Source: an uncultured Chitinophagales bacterium (lineage in GTDB: Bacteria > Bacteroidota > Rhodothermia > Balneolales > HLUCCA01). Taken from it: a stretch of DNA of 64,000 bases. Of this stretch, positions 37,038-46,800 are shown piece after piece. The notes under the pieces were generated by a model. That model had not been told where the DNA came from. It ran no database searches and was given only the letters and a program-made list of their open reading frames with translations. Location: assembly GCA_964509715.1 (NCBI GenBank), contig CAZDYD010000003.1, forward strand, positions 1,436 to 65,435. The letters are read 5' to 3'. The position numbers and the translations under genes are program-made. Position 1 is the stretch's first letter. Each line of letters starts with the position of its first letter.

Positions 37038-38492
37038 ATGAACATTTATATCCCAATTGAAGTCAAGATTCGAGAGTTGGAAGGACGTACACTCTTGGCA
37101 CTTGCTGCGGCTGAGCGTGGACATCAGGTCATTTTGGGGAGTAAGATGGACGCACTGATACCAGCAGTGGATGGTCATTTACCGGCAGGGGTGATCCATA
37201 TGAAATCCCTCACTCCTTCGGATCAAATGCTTGATCAACTCACCAAACTAAAATCCAACGGTCATTTGGTTACATCCCAGGATGAAGAAAGTGGACTTCT
37301 GGATGAGTCGTATGAAAAATTTGCTCGAATCAGGTATAGCGAATTATCCATAAATAAAGCAGATGCTGTGTTTGGCTGGGGCGAATTTGATACGGCTTCA
37401 CTGAAACAGGTATATCCTGATTTTGCTGAAAAGATGATTGCAACTGGATCACCGCGTGTAGATTTTTGGCGAAAGGATTTTCAAAATTATTTTCATCTCG
37501 ATAGTAAGCTACAGAAGTGGCAGGACAAACCATATCTGATGGTGGTATCAAATTTTGGGTCGGTCATTCGATCCAATAAAATCTGGAATGTGATGGCACG
37601 ACTCAGAGAAGCGGGATATTTTGACAGGGACCCGGAAATGGAGCTATTCGAGTATGAATATTCCGGTTACATGCTCCAGTTGATCGGACATTTCGTGAAA
37701 ATGATCAGGCAGTTGGCTGAAACGTATCCGGATGTAAATATATTGATTCGTCCACATCCGGTTGAAGCTGATGAAGCATGGGATAAAATGATTGGTCCTT
37801 ACCCAAATGTGCATGTATTCCGTGAAGGTACCATCAGTGCATGGATTCGTGGAGCTACAGCCATCATCCATAATGGGTGTACTAGCGCACTGGAAGCCGC
37901 CGTTTCAGGTGTGCCTCGCATTGCCTATCGTCCACTCCCTTCACATTTTGAACGTGAAATCCCAAATCAGCTCAGTAGGGAAGCATTCACCATGGATGAG
38001 TTGCTCGAGAAAGTTGATCACCTGCTTCAGAACCAATCAAGTAAGGCCGAATTAAATCAGGATAAACTGGCTGAGGAAAAACTGGCCAAACGACTTGTAA
38101 ATGTTGATGGAGTTTTGGCCGCTGACCGTATTGTAGATGCCTGGGAAATACTGGCTCGGAACAACAAACTGGATACGGCTAAACAAGTTGGGGATGTGGT
38201 GGTTCATCACGGTGTTGGATCCGGCACACCCTTAACAACCAACAACTCGTTGGTCGTTAAGTTCAAACGCAAGGTGAAAGCACTCCTGCAAGGGGACGAA
38301 AACGGAACGAATGGTACTCCAATTCGGGATGATGGGCAGTTGCTCGACAATTCATTCAAGTTCAAGTCATACACGGATGATGAGTTCCGTGAAATTCTTG
38401 AGAACCTTCAGTCATCTATTGATCGTTTTCATCACATTGAATATCGAAGAATCAGTGATCGTGCTTTCCTGATTACATCCAAAAAAAATTAA
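37038..38492 (+). CDS. Uncharacterised GT-B-like 'surface carbohydrate biosynthesis' protein with HP motif (candidate CMP-nonulosonate transferase)
   Basis: The N-terminus IYIPIEVKIRELEGRTLLALAAAERGHQVILG resembles proteins I recall as annotated 'surface carbohydrate biosynthesis protein' next to Pse/Leg genes. RPHP motif at nt 37749-37760, followed by IIHNGCTSALEAAVSGVP (a GT-B C-terminal Rossmann half). The function is inferred. Confidence 0.45.
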   Translation: MNIYIPIEVKIRELEGRTLLALAAAERGHQVILGSKMDALIPAVDGHLPAGVIHMKSLTPSDQMLDQLTKLKSNGHLVTSQDEESGLLDESYEKFARIRYSELSINKADAVFGWGEFDTASLKQVYPDFAEKMIATGSPRVDFWRKDFQNYFHLDSKLQKWQDKPYLMVVSNFGSVIRSNKIWNVMARLREAGYFDRDPEMELFEYEYSGYMLQLIGHFVKMIRQLAETYPDVNILIRPHPVEADEAWDKMIGPYPNVHVFREGTISAWIRGATAIIHNGCTSALEAAVSGVPRIAYRPLPSHFEREIPNQLSREAFTMDELLEKVDHLLQNQSSKAELNQDKLAEEKLAKRLVNVDGVLAADRIVDAWEILARNNKLDTAKQVGDVVVHHGVGSGTPLTTNNSLVVKFKRKVKALLQGDENGTNGTPIRDDGQLLDNSFKFKSYTDDEFREILENLQSSIDRFHHIEYRRISDRAFLITSKKN

Positions 38493-39775
38493 TGAGTCAG
38501 ACAATCAATAAAATCGGGTTCTATGTCGTAGACAAACGACATTATGATTATTTCGGTAATGTATGGACAGAATTACAAAAGCGTGGTATACCTTTTGAGC
38601 TGATCATCAACGACCAGTTATCTGAGGTCAAACAAAGTGTGAAGGATGAGTACGACCTCGAGATGGTTTCGATAGCGAAACACAAGGGTCATTCATGGAT
38701 CACACTGACCGATGTGCTAAAGAAGGGATGTAAATACAAAGTGTTTGTGACTACGTTCACATTCAAGTTCGGGGTGAGATCGCCTGAGACTACGCTGATC
38801 GAAAACGTGGTGAGAAGAGGCTATCGGGCAATCCAAAAAATACTTCGATTATTTCGATCTAACCTCTTCAGTGAATCGCTTGAATCATGGTATCGACAGT
38901 ATGAACTCGATAAACTTCAACTTCCAGAAGTTCTGGCCGGGCAAATAGTGGTGCAGTTCCCAAAAGGAATGGACATCCATCTGGCAAAGTTTCCTGATCC
39001 ACAGACCAAAGACATCATCGATTTGTATCTGTGTCATGGTGATTTTGACAGTAATCTGGTTCAGACCAGGACTAAAAAGCCGTGCGCTGTTATCGGGTAT
39101 CCGCGTTATGACAATCTGGTCGACCCTGAACTTAAATTGGCAAAAAATATTAGAACCGAGTTTGGAATCCCATCTGATAAGCCTATTGTGGCGTGGTTGC
39201 CGACGTATGTCCCACGACAGGGCAATGATGATTTTAACATCGACAGCTGGGCTCCATTTGTTGCTGAGCTCACTAAGAATTTTGCTGTGATCGTAAGGCC
39301 ACATCCGAAACGGGTTGAACGTGACAGAGAAATATTGAATGATAAGTTATCATCCTTTGGATTCTATGTCGATCTTGTTGCAGAAAGAGATATGAGTGAG
39401 TTATATGCTGGTGCTGCATTTACACTTTGTGATTACGGAGGGGTAGTGTTCAGTTCTGTTTATACGGATCAAAATCTGATTTTACTTAATCACCCAGAAC
39501 ATGACAGCGAACATCAACGCAAAGAGAACCTAATTGTTTATCAAATCCGTGATCAGTTGCTCAATGTAGGTTTTGAACAGGCGAATCAAGAGCCTGATAT
39601 TTTAATCAAGCTGACTCAGAACAAAGAAATTTGGGATCAACAGTCGCGAATTCGTGACAAAGTACGTGAACAATTCTTTGGTGGTGTAGAAGCAGGAAGA
39701 GGTTCTGAACTTGCCGCTGAGATTTTGGACAATGTATTAAGTGAGGGTCGGTCTTCGAACATATTCAAACAATAA
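38492..39775 (+). CDS. Uncharacterised GT-B-like protein with HP motif (TagF/CDP-glycerol glycerophosphotransferase-like or CMP-sugar transferase-like)
   Basis: RPHP at nt 39296-39307 followed by LCDYGGVVFSSVY, which resembles the TagF-family KPHP...DYSS pattern. The start overlaps the upstream stop (ATGA). Confidence 0.45.
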   Translation: MSQTINKIGFYVVDKRHYDYFGNVWTELQKRGIPFELIINDQLSEVKQSVKDEYDLEMVSIAKHKGHSWITLTDVLKKGCKYKVFVTTFTFKFGVRSPETTLIENVVRRGYRAIQKILRLFRSNLFSESLESWYRQYELDKLQLPEVLAGQIVVQFPKGMDIHLAKFPDPQTKDIIDLYLCHGDFDSNLVQTRTKKPCAVIGYPRYDNLVDPELKLAKNIRTEFGIPSDKPIVAWLPTYVPRQGNDDFNIDSWAPFVAELTKNFAVIVRPHPKRVERDREILNDKLSSFGFYVDLVAERDMSELYAGAAFTLCDYGGVVFSSVYTDQNLILLNHPEHDSEHQRKENLIVYQIRDQLLNVGFEQANQEPDILIKLTQNKEIWDQQSRIRDKVREQFFGGVEAGRGSELAAEILDNVLSEGRSSNIFKQ

Positions 39776-39776
39776 A

Positions 39777-40889
39777 ATGAAACCGTCGTACATGCTTCGT
39801 AAACTTGGGAACGAGTTGTTGGATTGGATGTTGCTGCGATTCAACATCTTTTCAGAGGTCGTCGATCCAGCTGATTTTTTGTCGGAAGATGTGATTCGAA
39901 TAATGGAGTCGAACGGATACTTTGTTCGTCCAGCTCCAAACAGGAGAAAAATCAAGTGCCTACTTTATAATAAGCGCATCATACGGCCGGACTTATCACG
40001 GAAGAAACCCAAGATGTTTATTCCAGATTGGGATCATGCCGGAATCAAGAAGAAACACGAGTTAATGCAAAAAGCGATCAGTATCTCTTATTTCTATATG
40101 GATCCGGATGCAATACCTTGGAATCTTGCTGTGTACAGAGATAAAGAGAGCAAAAAAGTATCCTTCTTTGATTTTGATGGCAGAACCAAAACAGTGTTCT
40201 GGTCGAGAAAAGATCATTTTGAGCGGGAAGCCAATGCAACTTCCCATTTTATTGATCACGGTGTAGATGTTCTGGGACATATTCGTGAAGACCGTGACAA
40301 GCACATGCTGGTCCAAGAGCTTGTTGGAATACCAGGGGAACATATTGTCGATTTCAATCCGGTCGATGATCAGATGATGGATTACGTCCTTCGTTCAGCG
40401 GAGATGAAAACTATTATGCTCCAGAAGCCCGTGAACCTTCCGATCGAGATTCAGGAGCTTGCCGACTTTGCAGAACAACAGATTAAACGAAATTTCTGGG
40501 TACATAACAACAAAGCTCCATATGGAATAGTCCACGGCGATCTGAATCCGATGAATCTCATACGAGATCAGGGTAAAACCTGGCTAATTGATTTCGACCG
40601 GACCTTTGAAGCATCTGTGTATTACGATTTTATTTATGTCTGGCTGAATAAATATGACAGGAGTACAGATAAGCTCAAGACGCGAATACGTATGATCAAT
40701 GATCGTTTTTATGGTGAGAATATTATGACCGATAGTGTGGCATTAAATCTGGCTCTGGCACTTTTTGTGTATGATAATATTCGATTTATTGAGCAGCATT
40801 GTGACACGGTGAAAGATGCACGATTTGTGATTTTTTTATTGAACCGATTGAGAGATAAGTGGCCGAGGACACCGGTAACACAAGAATGA
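39777..40889 (+). CDS. APH/choline-kinase-fold phosphotransferase (kinase-like)
   Basis: Catalytic loop and metal site IVHGDLNPMNLIRDQGKTWLIDFDRTF (nt 40533-40598) matches the HxDxxxxN...DFD Brenner-type motif. The ATG at 39777 lies 1 nt after the upstream stop. Confidence 0.7.
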   Translation: MKPSYMLRKLGNELLDWMLLRFNIFSEVVDPADFLSEDVIRIMESNGYFVRPAPNRRKIKCLLYNKRIIRPDLSRKKPKMFIPDWDHAGIKKKHELMQKAISISYFYMDPDAIPWNLAVYRDKESKKVSFFDFDGRTKTVFWSRKDHFEREANATSHFIDHGVDVLGHIREDRDKHMLVQELVGIPGEHIVDFNPVDDQMMDYVLRSAEMKTIMLQKPVNLPIEIQELADFAEQQIKRNFWVHNNKAPYGIVHGDLNPMNLIRDQGKTWLIDFDRTFEASVYYDFIYVWLNKYDRSTDKLKTRIRMINDRFYGENIMTDSVALNLALALFVYDNIRFIEQHCDTVKDARFVIFLLNRLRDKWPRTPVTQE

Positions 40890-41046
40890 CACGAATGTTG
40901 GACTATGAGTCGCACTGTTTGAGCCTACCTGATTACCCGTGTTACACAAAAATAAACTGGGTGTTGGTTTGCAATTGCTGATTAAGATATAAACAGAACA
41001 TCAAAAATAGATTTCATTGAGTTTAACTTCTCAGAATAGTACGAAA

Positions 41047-42183
41047 ATGAGAGTGAATACGGTATTTATTGTTGGAATTGAGTTTGATTTCAGCAAAGAA
41101 CCGCGCATTATTCAGGAGATAGCTGCACTCAAGGGGAAGTGTAGGTTGGTTGGAGCAGGTAAAGGTACACATCCTGATATGGATGAGTTCATCGATATAA
41201 CCCAAGACCGCCTACTCATCGATCGCATTCTGGATATTTTACTGATTGTACTCAAGTACTACTTCCCGTTTTTGCTCAGATTCAGACACAGAAAAGTGCT
41301 CAATCGTATAGCTGAACTTAAACCGGATACCGTTTCTACCCATCACCTTGAATCGGCTTTCATTGTTGGCAAAGTTGCAAAGGCAATCGTTTTTAATTCT
41401 CATGAGTACATCCCACGTATGTATGATGGAAGCAGAGCCTGGCGCATGACCAAAGGTTGGCTGATTCGCCGTACAATGCTAGATGTTCTGAAGAATACCC
41501 GGGTGATGTACGTTGAAAGTCAGGCCGTAGTTGATGGATATCAGCAGAAGTTCGATGTGCTTCCTGAAATCGCTATCGTGCCGAATGCCAGTAGAAGTCA
41601 TCCCAAACTCACGCCTGTCACTGTTTTGGAAGGTAGTCCCATACGCTTGGTGCATCATGGTATTGCCTCACCTGGACGTGGACTCGAAATGATCATTGAC
41701 GCAGCACGTGAACTGGGTAAAGGGTATAGATTGTCACTGTATCTGGTTGGTACAGAATCCAATGTGAGACATCTAAAAGAGTATGCTAAAGACGTAACAA
41801 ATGTCACTTTCCCGGAGCCAGTACCTTTTGATAAAATTATACCGGTGATGAACCAGTATGATATCGGGTTATGTATGTTTCGATCCGCTAACTACCACAC
41901 ATTGTACACCACCGTTCCGAACAAGTTCTGGGAGTACCTGACTGCGAGGGTGGTCCCTCTGGTATGGAGCCAAAGTGCTATGAAAGCCGTATTAGATCGA
42001 TACGATGTTGGATTTATTTCGCCGGATAATACTGTGCAGAGTATTGTAGAAACCATAAAAAAAATAGATTTTTCAGAGATCAACGTCCAGAAGCAAAGGA
42101 TTCATGATCTGCAAAGCACGTTGACAGGTGAATATCTCATCGACCCGGTGATTCAGAAATATGAATTAGTGGGTGATGCATAA
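41047..42183 (+). CDS. Glycosyltransferase, GT-B fold (GT4-like)
   Basis: C-terminal-half pattern HHGIASPGRGLEMII...YDIGLCMF...VPNKFWEYLTARVVPLV (EX7E-like). The N-terminal half is divergent. Confidence 0.65.
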   Translation: MRVNTVFIVGIEFDFSKEPRIIQEIAALKGKCRLVGAGKGTHPDMDEFIDITQDRLLIDRILDILLIVLKYYFPFLLRFRHRKVLNRIAELKPDTVSTHHLESAFIVGKVAKAIVFNSHEYIPRMYDGSRAWRMTKGWLIRRTMLDVLKNTRVMYVESQAVVDGYQQKFDVLPEIAIVPNASRSHPKLTPVTVLEGSPIRLVHHGIASPGRGLEMIIDAARELGKGYRLSLYLVGTESNVRHLKEYAKDVTNVTFPEPVPFDKIIPVMNQYDIGLCMFRSANYHTLYTTVPNKFWEYLTARVVPLVWSQSAMKAVLDRYDVGFISPDNTVQSIVETIKKIDFSEINVQKQRIHDLQSTLTGEYLIDPVIQKYELVGDA

Positions 42184-42220
42184 ACATGAATAATCCTGAG
42201 GATGTAAAACATGATCGTTT

Positions 42221-42273
42221 CTGTGATACAATATGCCACTGTGATACACATAATAGCATTAAACTGTGATTCA
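42221..42273 (+). repeat. Three direct copies of CTGTGAT(A/T)CA in the intergenic region upstream of the GT4 gene
   Basis: CTGTGATACA at 42221-42230 and 42239-42248 (both perfect), and CTGTGATTCA at 42264-42273. Confidence 0.6.
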
Positions 42274-42346
42274 GAAACATTAACTTCACGCTGATAGTCA
42301 CAACCGAAATCTTTAGTAATATTGATCTAACGTAGAACAGGTAGTA

Positions 42347-43663
42347 TTGTCAAAATCGTCTGAACATAAAGTACTGATATTAAGTAGCTACGAATCTACA
42401 GGCGGAGCCGCTCGTGCAGCGAACCGTTTACATAAATCTTTGATCAATAATGGTACTGATTCGAAGATGTGGGTACGTACCCGAAATTCGGACGATTGGA
42501 GAGTCGAAGGTCCGGCAGGACCTGTTGGGCGCATCAAGGCAGACATTCGATCCGTTTTGGAGGCATTGCCTGTTAAATTACAGAAAACCGAAAATCCCAT
42601 TTTACATTCCCCGGGATGGATAAACAACTTCAAGGCTAAACAGATCAATGCCAGTGACGCCGATGTTGTGAATTTACATTGGGTGTGTGATGGACTCATT
42701 TCCATCGCTCAAATTGGCAAAATCACTAAACCTGTCATTTGGACAATGCATGATTCATGGACATTCTGCGGGATGGAGCACCATCCCAAAGATTCCAGCG
42801 ATCTGAGATATATAGAAGGTTATACTAAGGATAATCGTCCGGCCCACTCCCGTGGATTGGATCTGGATCGTTGGACATGGAATCGTAAGTTGAGATCCTT
42901 TAGATCATCGATGCACCTGGTGTCACCAAGTACTTGGTTAGCTAACATCGCAGCTAAAAGCAAGATCGCAGGAGACTGGCCAACGCGGGTGATACCAAAT
43001 CCGTTAGATACAGACATCTTCAAACCTATTGAAAAGTCGGTGGCACGTGGTATCCTTCAACTTCCAACCGACAAAAAAATCATTTTGGTCGGGGCATTCG
43101 GATCGGTCATGAATCCCAATAAAGGATTCGATTTGCTCACCGATGCTTTGAGATCTTTCGCTTCTGAACTGCAGAACAACGAAATCAAAACGGGAGCTTT
43201 CTCAAACACTCTCAATACCGACGATTTCCTTGTGGTTGTGTTTGGGCAGTCGGAGCCAAAGGATTTGAATGACTTTCCACTTCCCATCCGTTTCATGGGG
43301 CACTTTAGTGATGATTTCGCACTATCATTAGTATACAATGCGTCTGATGTGGTGGTGGTTCCCTCCAGAATGGAGAATCTACCTCAAACTGCGACTGAAG
43401 CACAGGCGTGTGGTGTCCCGGTAGTAGCGTTCAACATTTGTGGTATTCCTGATGCGGTCGTTCATAAACACACCGGATATCTGGCCGAAGCCTATGATAC
43501 GCGGGAAATGAAGAATGGGTTAAACTGGATATTTGAAGATTCCGATCGTTATGATCAACTGTGCCGATTTGCAAGAGAGCGTGCGTTACAATTGTGGTCA
43601 CCTGATGTCGTCGCGAAACAGTATGACGATTGGTATCAGCATGCCATTGATTCACAGAGGTAA
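42347..43663 (+). CDS. Glycosyltransferase family 4 (group 1)
   Basis: KVLILSSYESTGGAARAANRL N-terminus and the EX7E region VVPSRMENLPQTATEAQACGVPVVAF. TTG start. Confidence 0.88.
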   Translation: MSKSSEHKVLILSSYESTGGAARAANRLHKSLINNGTDSKMWVRTRNSDDWRVEGPAGPVGRIKADIRSVLEALPVKLQKTENPILHSPGWINNFKAKQINASDADVVNLHWVCDGLISIAQIGKITKPVIWTMHDSWTFCGMEHHPKDSSDLRYIEGYTKDNRPAHSRGLDLDRWTWNRKLRSFRSSMHLVSPSTWLANIAAKSKIAGDWPTRVIPNPLDTDIFKPIEKSVARGILQLPTDKKIILVGAFGSVMNPNKGFDLLTDALRSFASELQNNEIKTGAFSNTLNTDDFLVVVFGQSEPKDLNDFPLPIRFMGHFSDDFALSLVYNASDVVVVPSRMENLPQTATEAQACGVPVVAFNICGIPDAVVHKHTGYLAEAYDTREMKNGLNWIFEDSDRYDQLCRFARERALQLWSPDVVAKQYDDWYQHAIDSQR

Positions 43664-43768
43664 AAACAAATCTGAGTTGAATCCGTTGAATGGGATAACA
43701 TTCAACCCATGTAAAAACTACATTGAAGAGAATAGAGTTTTGAAAAGCGTTTCACATTCATAGTGCCG

Positions 43769-45175
43769 ATGGAATCCAGTTCATCTCATATAGACACCGC
43801 CGTAAACAGTAATTCCGCTCAAACCAGTTGGAAAACCGGTAAAGATATAGATCTGGCCCGACAAACATTTGCGTGGTTGTCGGACACACATGTGCCAACT
43901 GTGTTTTTTAAAGTCGGATTCATTCTAATTTTATTGGAGTTGTTGTTCGAGACGGCGTACCACTCGCTTGCATTTACTCCATTTACGACCCGTAGGTTTA
44001 TCGGTGTCCATTTATGGCCATCACAAATGTGGTTTCTGTTTTTGGGTACGGCAATCGCCGTAGTCAATTTGGCTAAAAACAGATTTACTTTAAATCGACG
44101 GATTTTCATGAATGCCATGCCGATGTTTGTCGTACTTGGAGTCTACACGATTTGGACGTTTTATGGTATTGCAAGAGGAAATGCAGCGGCTATTGATTTG
44201 TTCAGGGAGATGGTATTTGCTGGACTAAGTCTACCCGCTGTCGTGTACCTGGCTCAATTTGTAAAGGTCCGGGACCTTTTCGACAATTTCATCAAATGGT
44301 GCCTGATTATCTATCCGTTGGCCGGCCTCAATGCCTTTATCTTCCGAATTATCCCATTTGGTCCATCAATTCAGCTGGGTTTCCTAATGCTCAGCTGTTT
44401 TGTTTACTCATACTTCTTGTTCAAGGCTATCAAAAATTCGTGGTACCTTGTTCCGGCTTTGATCATGCTTATCCCATCCTTGTTGTTGTTCAGTAAACCG
44501 ATCATCGCTTTGATGTTTGCATTACCTCCTGCTATTGCGATCATAAGCACCTTGATTACTCGAAAACAGCTGAAATACAGTATAAGTCGCCGAAGTCTCA
44601 AATTGCTATTGATTACTGTCATCCTACTTGTAATATCGCTAGTAGGGGTGTGGTACCTCAATATTCTACTCGATGGACGTATCGAATTTTTGATCAGGAT
44701 GAACTTCCTAAAAGAGAGGATCGATGAATCTGGTAGTGTATATTCAGGTGATCTGTCTGGAGGAAGGATGATCATTTGGGGGAATGCACTAAAAATCTGG
44801 CAGGAAAATTGGATTTTTGGAGCTGGAATGGGCACTGCAGTACGTATCAGGAACGAAACTCTTGCACAAATCCATAATTATCCGCTTCAGGCGCTCATGG
44901 ATACCGGTCTGCTGGGTTTCTCATTGCTTTTGGTGTCTTGGTGGACCTGGTATAAGCGTGTGTTCAGAACACTATCGACCTATCAGTGGGACAAAGAGAA
45001 AACGATATATGCCAGTTTATTGGCTTATATTGTCGCTTTTTTCATTTACGGATTGTATGGACTGCCAATGATTTATCTGGGGGCAGCTCATTTTTTCTGG
45101 ATATGTGTTGCACTGCTGACCGTTTTCTCAACCCGCAGTGACTCAGAACCTGACAACAAAGAATTGACTGAATAG
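43769..45175 (+). CDS. O-antigen ligase/polymerase family membrane protein (Wzy_C domain; WaaL- or Wzy-like)
   Basis: At least 10 TM segments and a periplasmic-loop motif RNETLAQIHNYPLQALMDTGLLGFSLLL typical of the Wzy_C/O-antigen ligase family. Confidence 0.8.
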   Translation: MESSSSHIDTAVNSNSAQTSWKTGKDIDLARQTFAWLSDTHVPTVFFKVGFILILLELLFETAYHSLAFTPFTTRRFIGVHLWPSQMWFLFLGTAIAVVNLAKNRFTLNRRIFMNAMPMFVVLGVYTIWTFYGIARGNAAAIDLFREMVFAGLSLPAVVYLAQFVKVRDLFDNFIKWCLIIYPLAGLNAFIFRIIPFGPSIQLGFLMLSCFVYSYFLFKAIKNSWYLVPALIMLIPSLLLFSKPIIALMFALPPAIAIISTLITRKQLKYSISRRSLKLLLITVILLVISLVGVWYLNILLDGRIEFLIRMNFLKERIDESGSVYSGDLSGGRMIIWGNALKIWQENWIFGAGMGTAVRIRNETLAQIHNYPLQALMDTGLLGFSLLLVSWWTWYKRVFRTLSTYQWDKEKTIYASLLAYIVAFFIYGLYGLPMIYLGAAHFFWICVALLTVFSTRSDSEPDNKELTE

Positions 45176-45212
45176 CTAATTTATATACTTGATTCGATCT
45201 ATAATTTAACGA

Positions 45213-46094
45213 ATGTCCAATCTACCCATTACCATTTACGCTGTACTGACTTGTTTCAACCGAAAAGAGAAAACGCTCGAATGTATTAGGCGACTTAAAG
45301 CTCAAGAAACTACATATGATGCCAATCTACAGATTGTAGTAGTTGATGACAATAGTTCCGACGGAACAGCTCAGGCTATCACAGACAGATATCAGGATGT
45401 CGAGGTGCTTCACGGGGATGGTAACCTTTTCTGGAATGGTGGAATGAGAATGGGAATTGATCACGCTGCCTCCCAATCGCCAAACTTTTTCATGTGGGTT
45501 AATGATGATACCATTTTGCACCCTAATGCACTTCAAATATTATTGAGTACGTTTTATGAGTTGAAATCTGAACTTGATCGAATGCCGATCATCGCAGGTA
45601 GTGTGATGGATCCGACCAGTGGCAAGCTTACCTACGGAGGATCGGTCCATGTAAGCCCAAAACTCATGCCACTTCGATTTCGTTTGGTCCACCCTAAAGA
45701 TAGACCAGTGCAGGTTGATATTTTCAATGGGAACTGTGTTCTCGTACCATTTGAAACCTATGCACTTATCGGGAATCTTCACGATCACCTGATTCATGAT
45801 GCCGGTGATTATGAATACGGCCTTAGGGCAAAAAGAGCGGGTATTACAAGCTGGATTTGTCCTGGTTTCATTGGAACCTGTAGTACGAATCCGATAGAAG
45901 GAACCTGGCAAGATCCGGAGATTCCTCTGGGTCGACGCTATAGGCTGATGTTCAGTGTCAAGGGGAATCCACCCGGACCGCGATTTCATTACTATAAGCG
46001 ATACGGTGGACCGTTCTGGTTCCTGATTTATCCTTTGATTTACTTCCGGCCTATTTTTATATCTGTTCAGAATATGTTCCGTAAAAAGCATTAA
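45213..46094 (+). CDS. Glycosyltransferase family 2
   Basis: TIYAVLTCFNRKEKTLECIRRL...VVVDDNSSDGT...WVNDDT (DxD-like). Confidence 0.88.
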   Translation: MSNLPITIYAVLTCFNRKEKTLECIRRLKAQETTYDANLQIVVVDDNSSDGTAQAITDRYQDVEVLHGDGNLFWNGGMRMGIDHAASQSPNFFMWVNDDTILHPNALQILLSTFYELKSELDRMPIIAGSVMDPTSGKLTYGGSVHVSPKLMPLRFRLVHPKDRPVQVDIFNGNCVLVPFETYALIGNLHDHLIHDAGDYEYGLRAKRAGITSWICPGFIGTCSTNPIEGTWQDPEIPLGRRYRLMFSVKGNPPGPRFHYYKRYGGPFWFLIYPLIYFRPIFISVQNMFRKKH

Positions 46095-46098
46095 CAGG

Positions 46099-46800
46099 AT
46101 GTCCCAAAACCAAATCATAAGCGTTATCGATTATGGAGCAGGCAACATCGGCTCCATAGTTAACATGATAAAAAAAATTGGCGGAGAAGCTCGTACAATT
46201 TCCACAGCTGAAGATGTTATCTCAGCAACAAAACTTATTCTACCTGGTGTTGGACACTTTGACTTCGGAATGAAATCTCTAAACGAAAGCGGAATGAAGC
46301 AAGCTCTCGATGAAGCGGTTCAAAAAAATGGAATTCCCATTCTTGGAATCTGTCTTGGAGCACAACTCATGTGTAAAAGCTCGCAGGAAGGGAATACCCC
46401 GGGACTTGGTTGGTTTGATGCCGATGTTTTATCGTTCAGAAAAGAATGGGAGATGAGTGGTATTCTTTCCAATTTGCAACCAGTCAAAGAATCAGAAATA
46501 GAAACACGGCCTTCCACCAAAAAAAACAATCGTCTGAGAGTCCCCCACATGGGTTGGAATTATGTCGACACAAAAAAAGAGTGCTTGGTCACGCATGATC
46601 TCCCTGATAATCCGAGATTTTATTTTGTCCACTCCTACTACATCCATTCAAATCGGCCGGAAGACATCATGTTCGAAACAGCATACGGAAACCGATTTGC
46701 ATCCGGACTACATCATGAAAACAAGTATGCGGTTCAATTTCATCCGGAAAAAAGCCACAAATTTGGTCTGAAACTCTTTGAAAACTTTCTGAACCTGTGA
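46099..46800 (+). CDS. HisH-like glutamine amidotransferase (imidazole glycerol phosphate synthase subunit paralog, WbuY/PseA-associated type)
   Basis: ISVIDYGAGNIGSIVN, LPGVGHF, nucleophile elbow GICLGAQLM, and HSYY...QFHPEKS. Contains a ~35-aa insertion. Confidence 0.88.
   Translation: MSQNQIISVIDYGAGNIGSIVNMIKKIGGEARTISTAEDVISATKLILPGVGHFDFGMKSLNESGMKQALDEAVQKNGIPILGICLGAQLMCKSSQEGNTPGLGWFDADVLSFRKEWEMSGILSNLQPVKESEIETRPSTKKNNRLRVPHMGWNYVDTKKECLVTHDLPDNPRFYFVHSYYIHSNRPEDIMFETAYGNRFASGLHHENKYAVQFHPEKSHKFGLKLFENFLNL

Noticed and set aside
45540-46118. 192-aa antisense ORF
   Set aside because: It lies entirely antisense to the GT2 gene, which has clear family motifs. It has no motif of its own. 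Long antisense ORFs are expected by chance in this codon composition.
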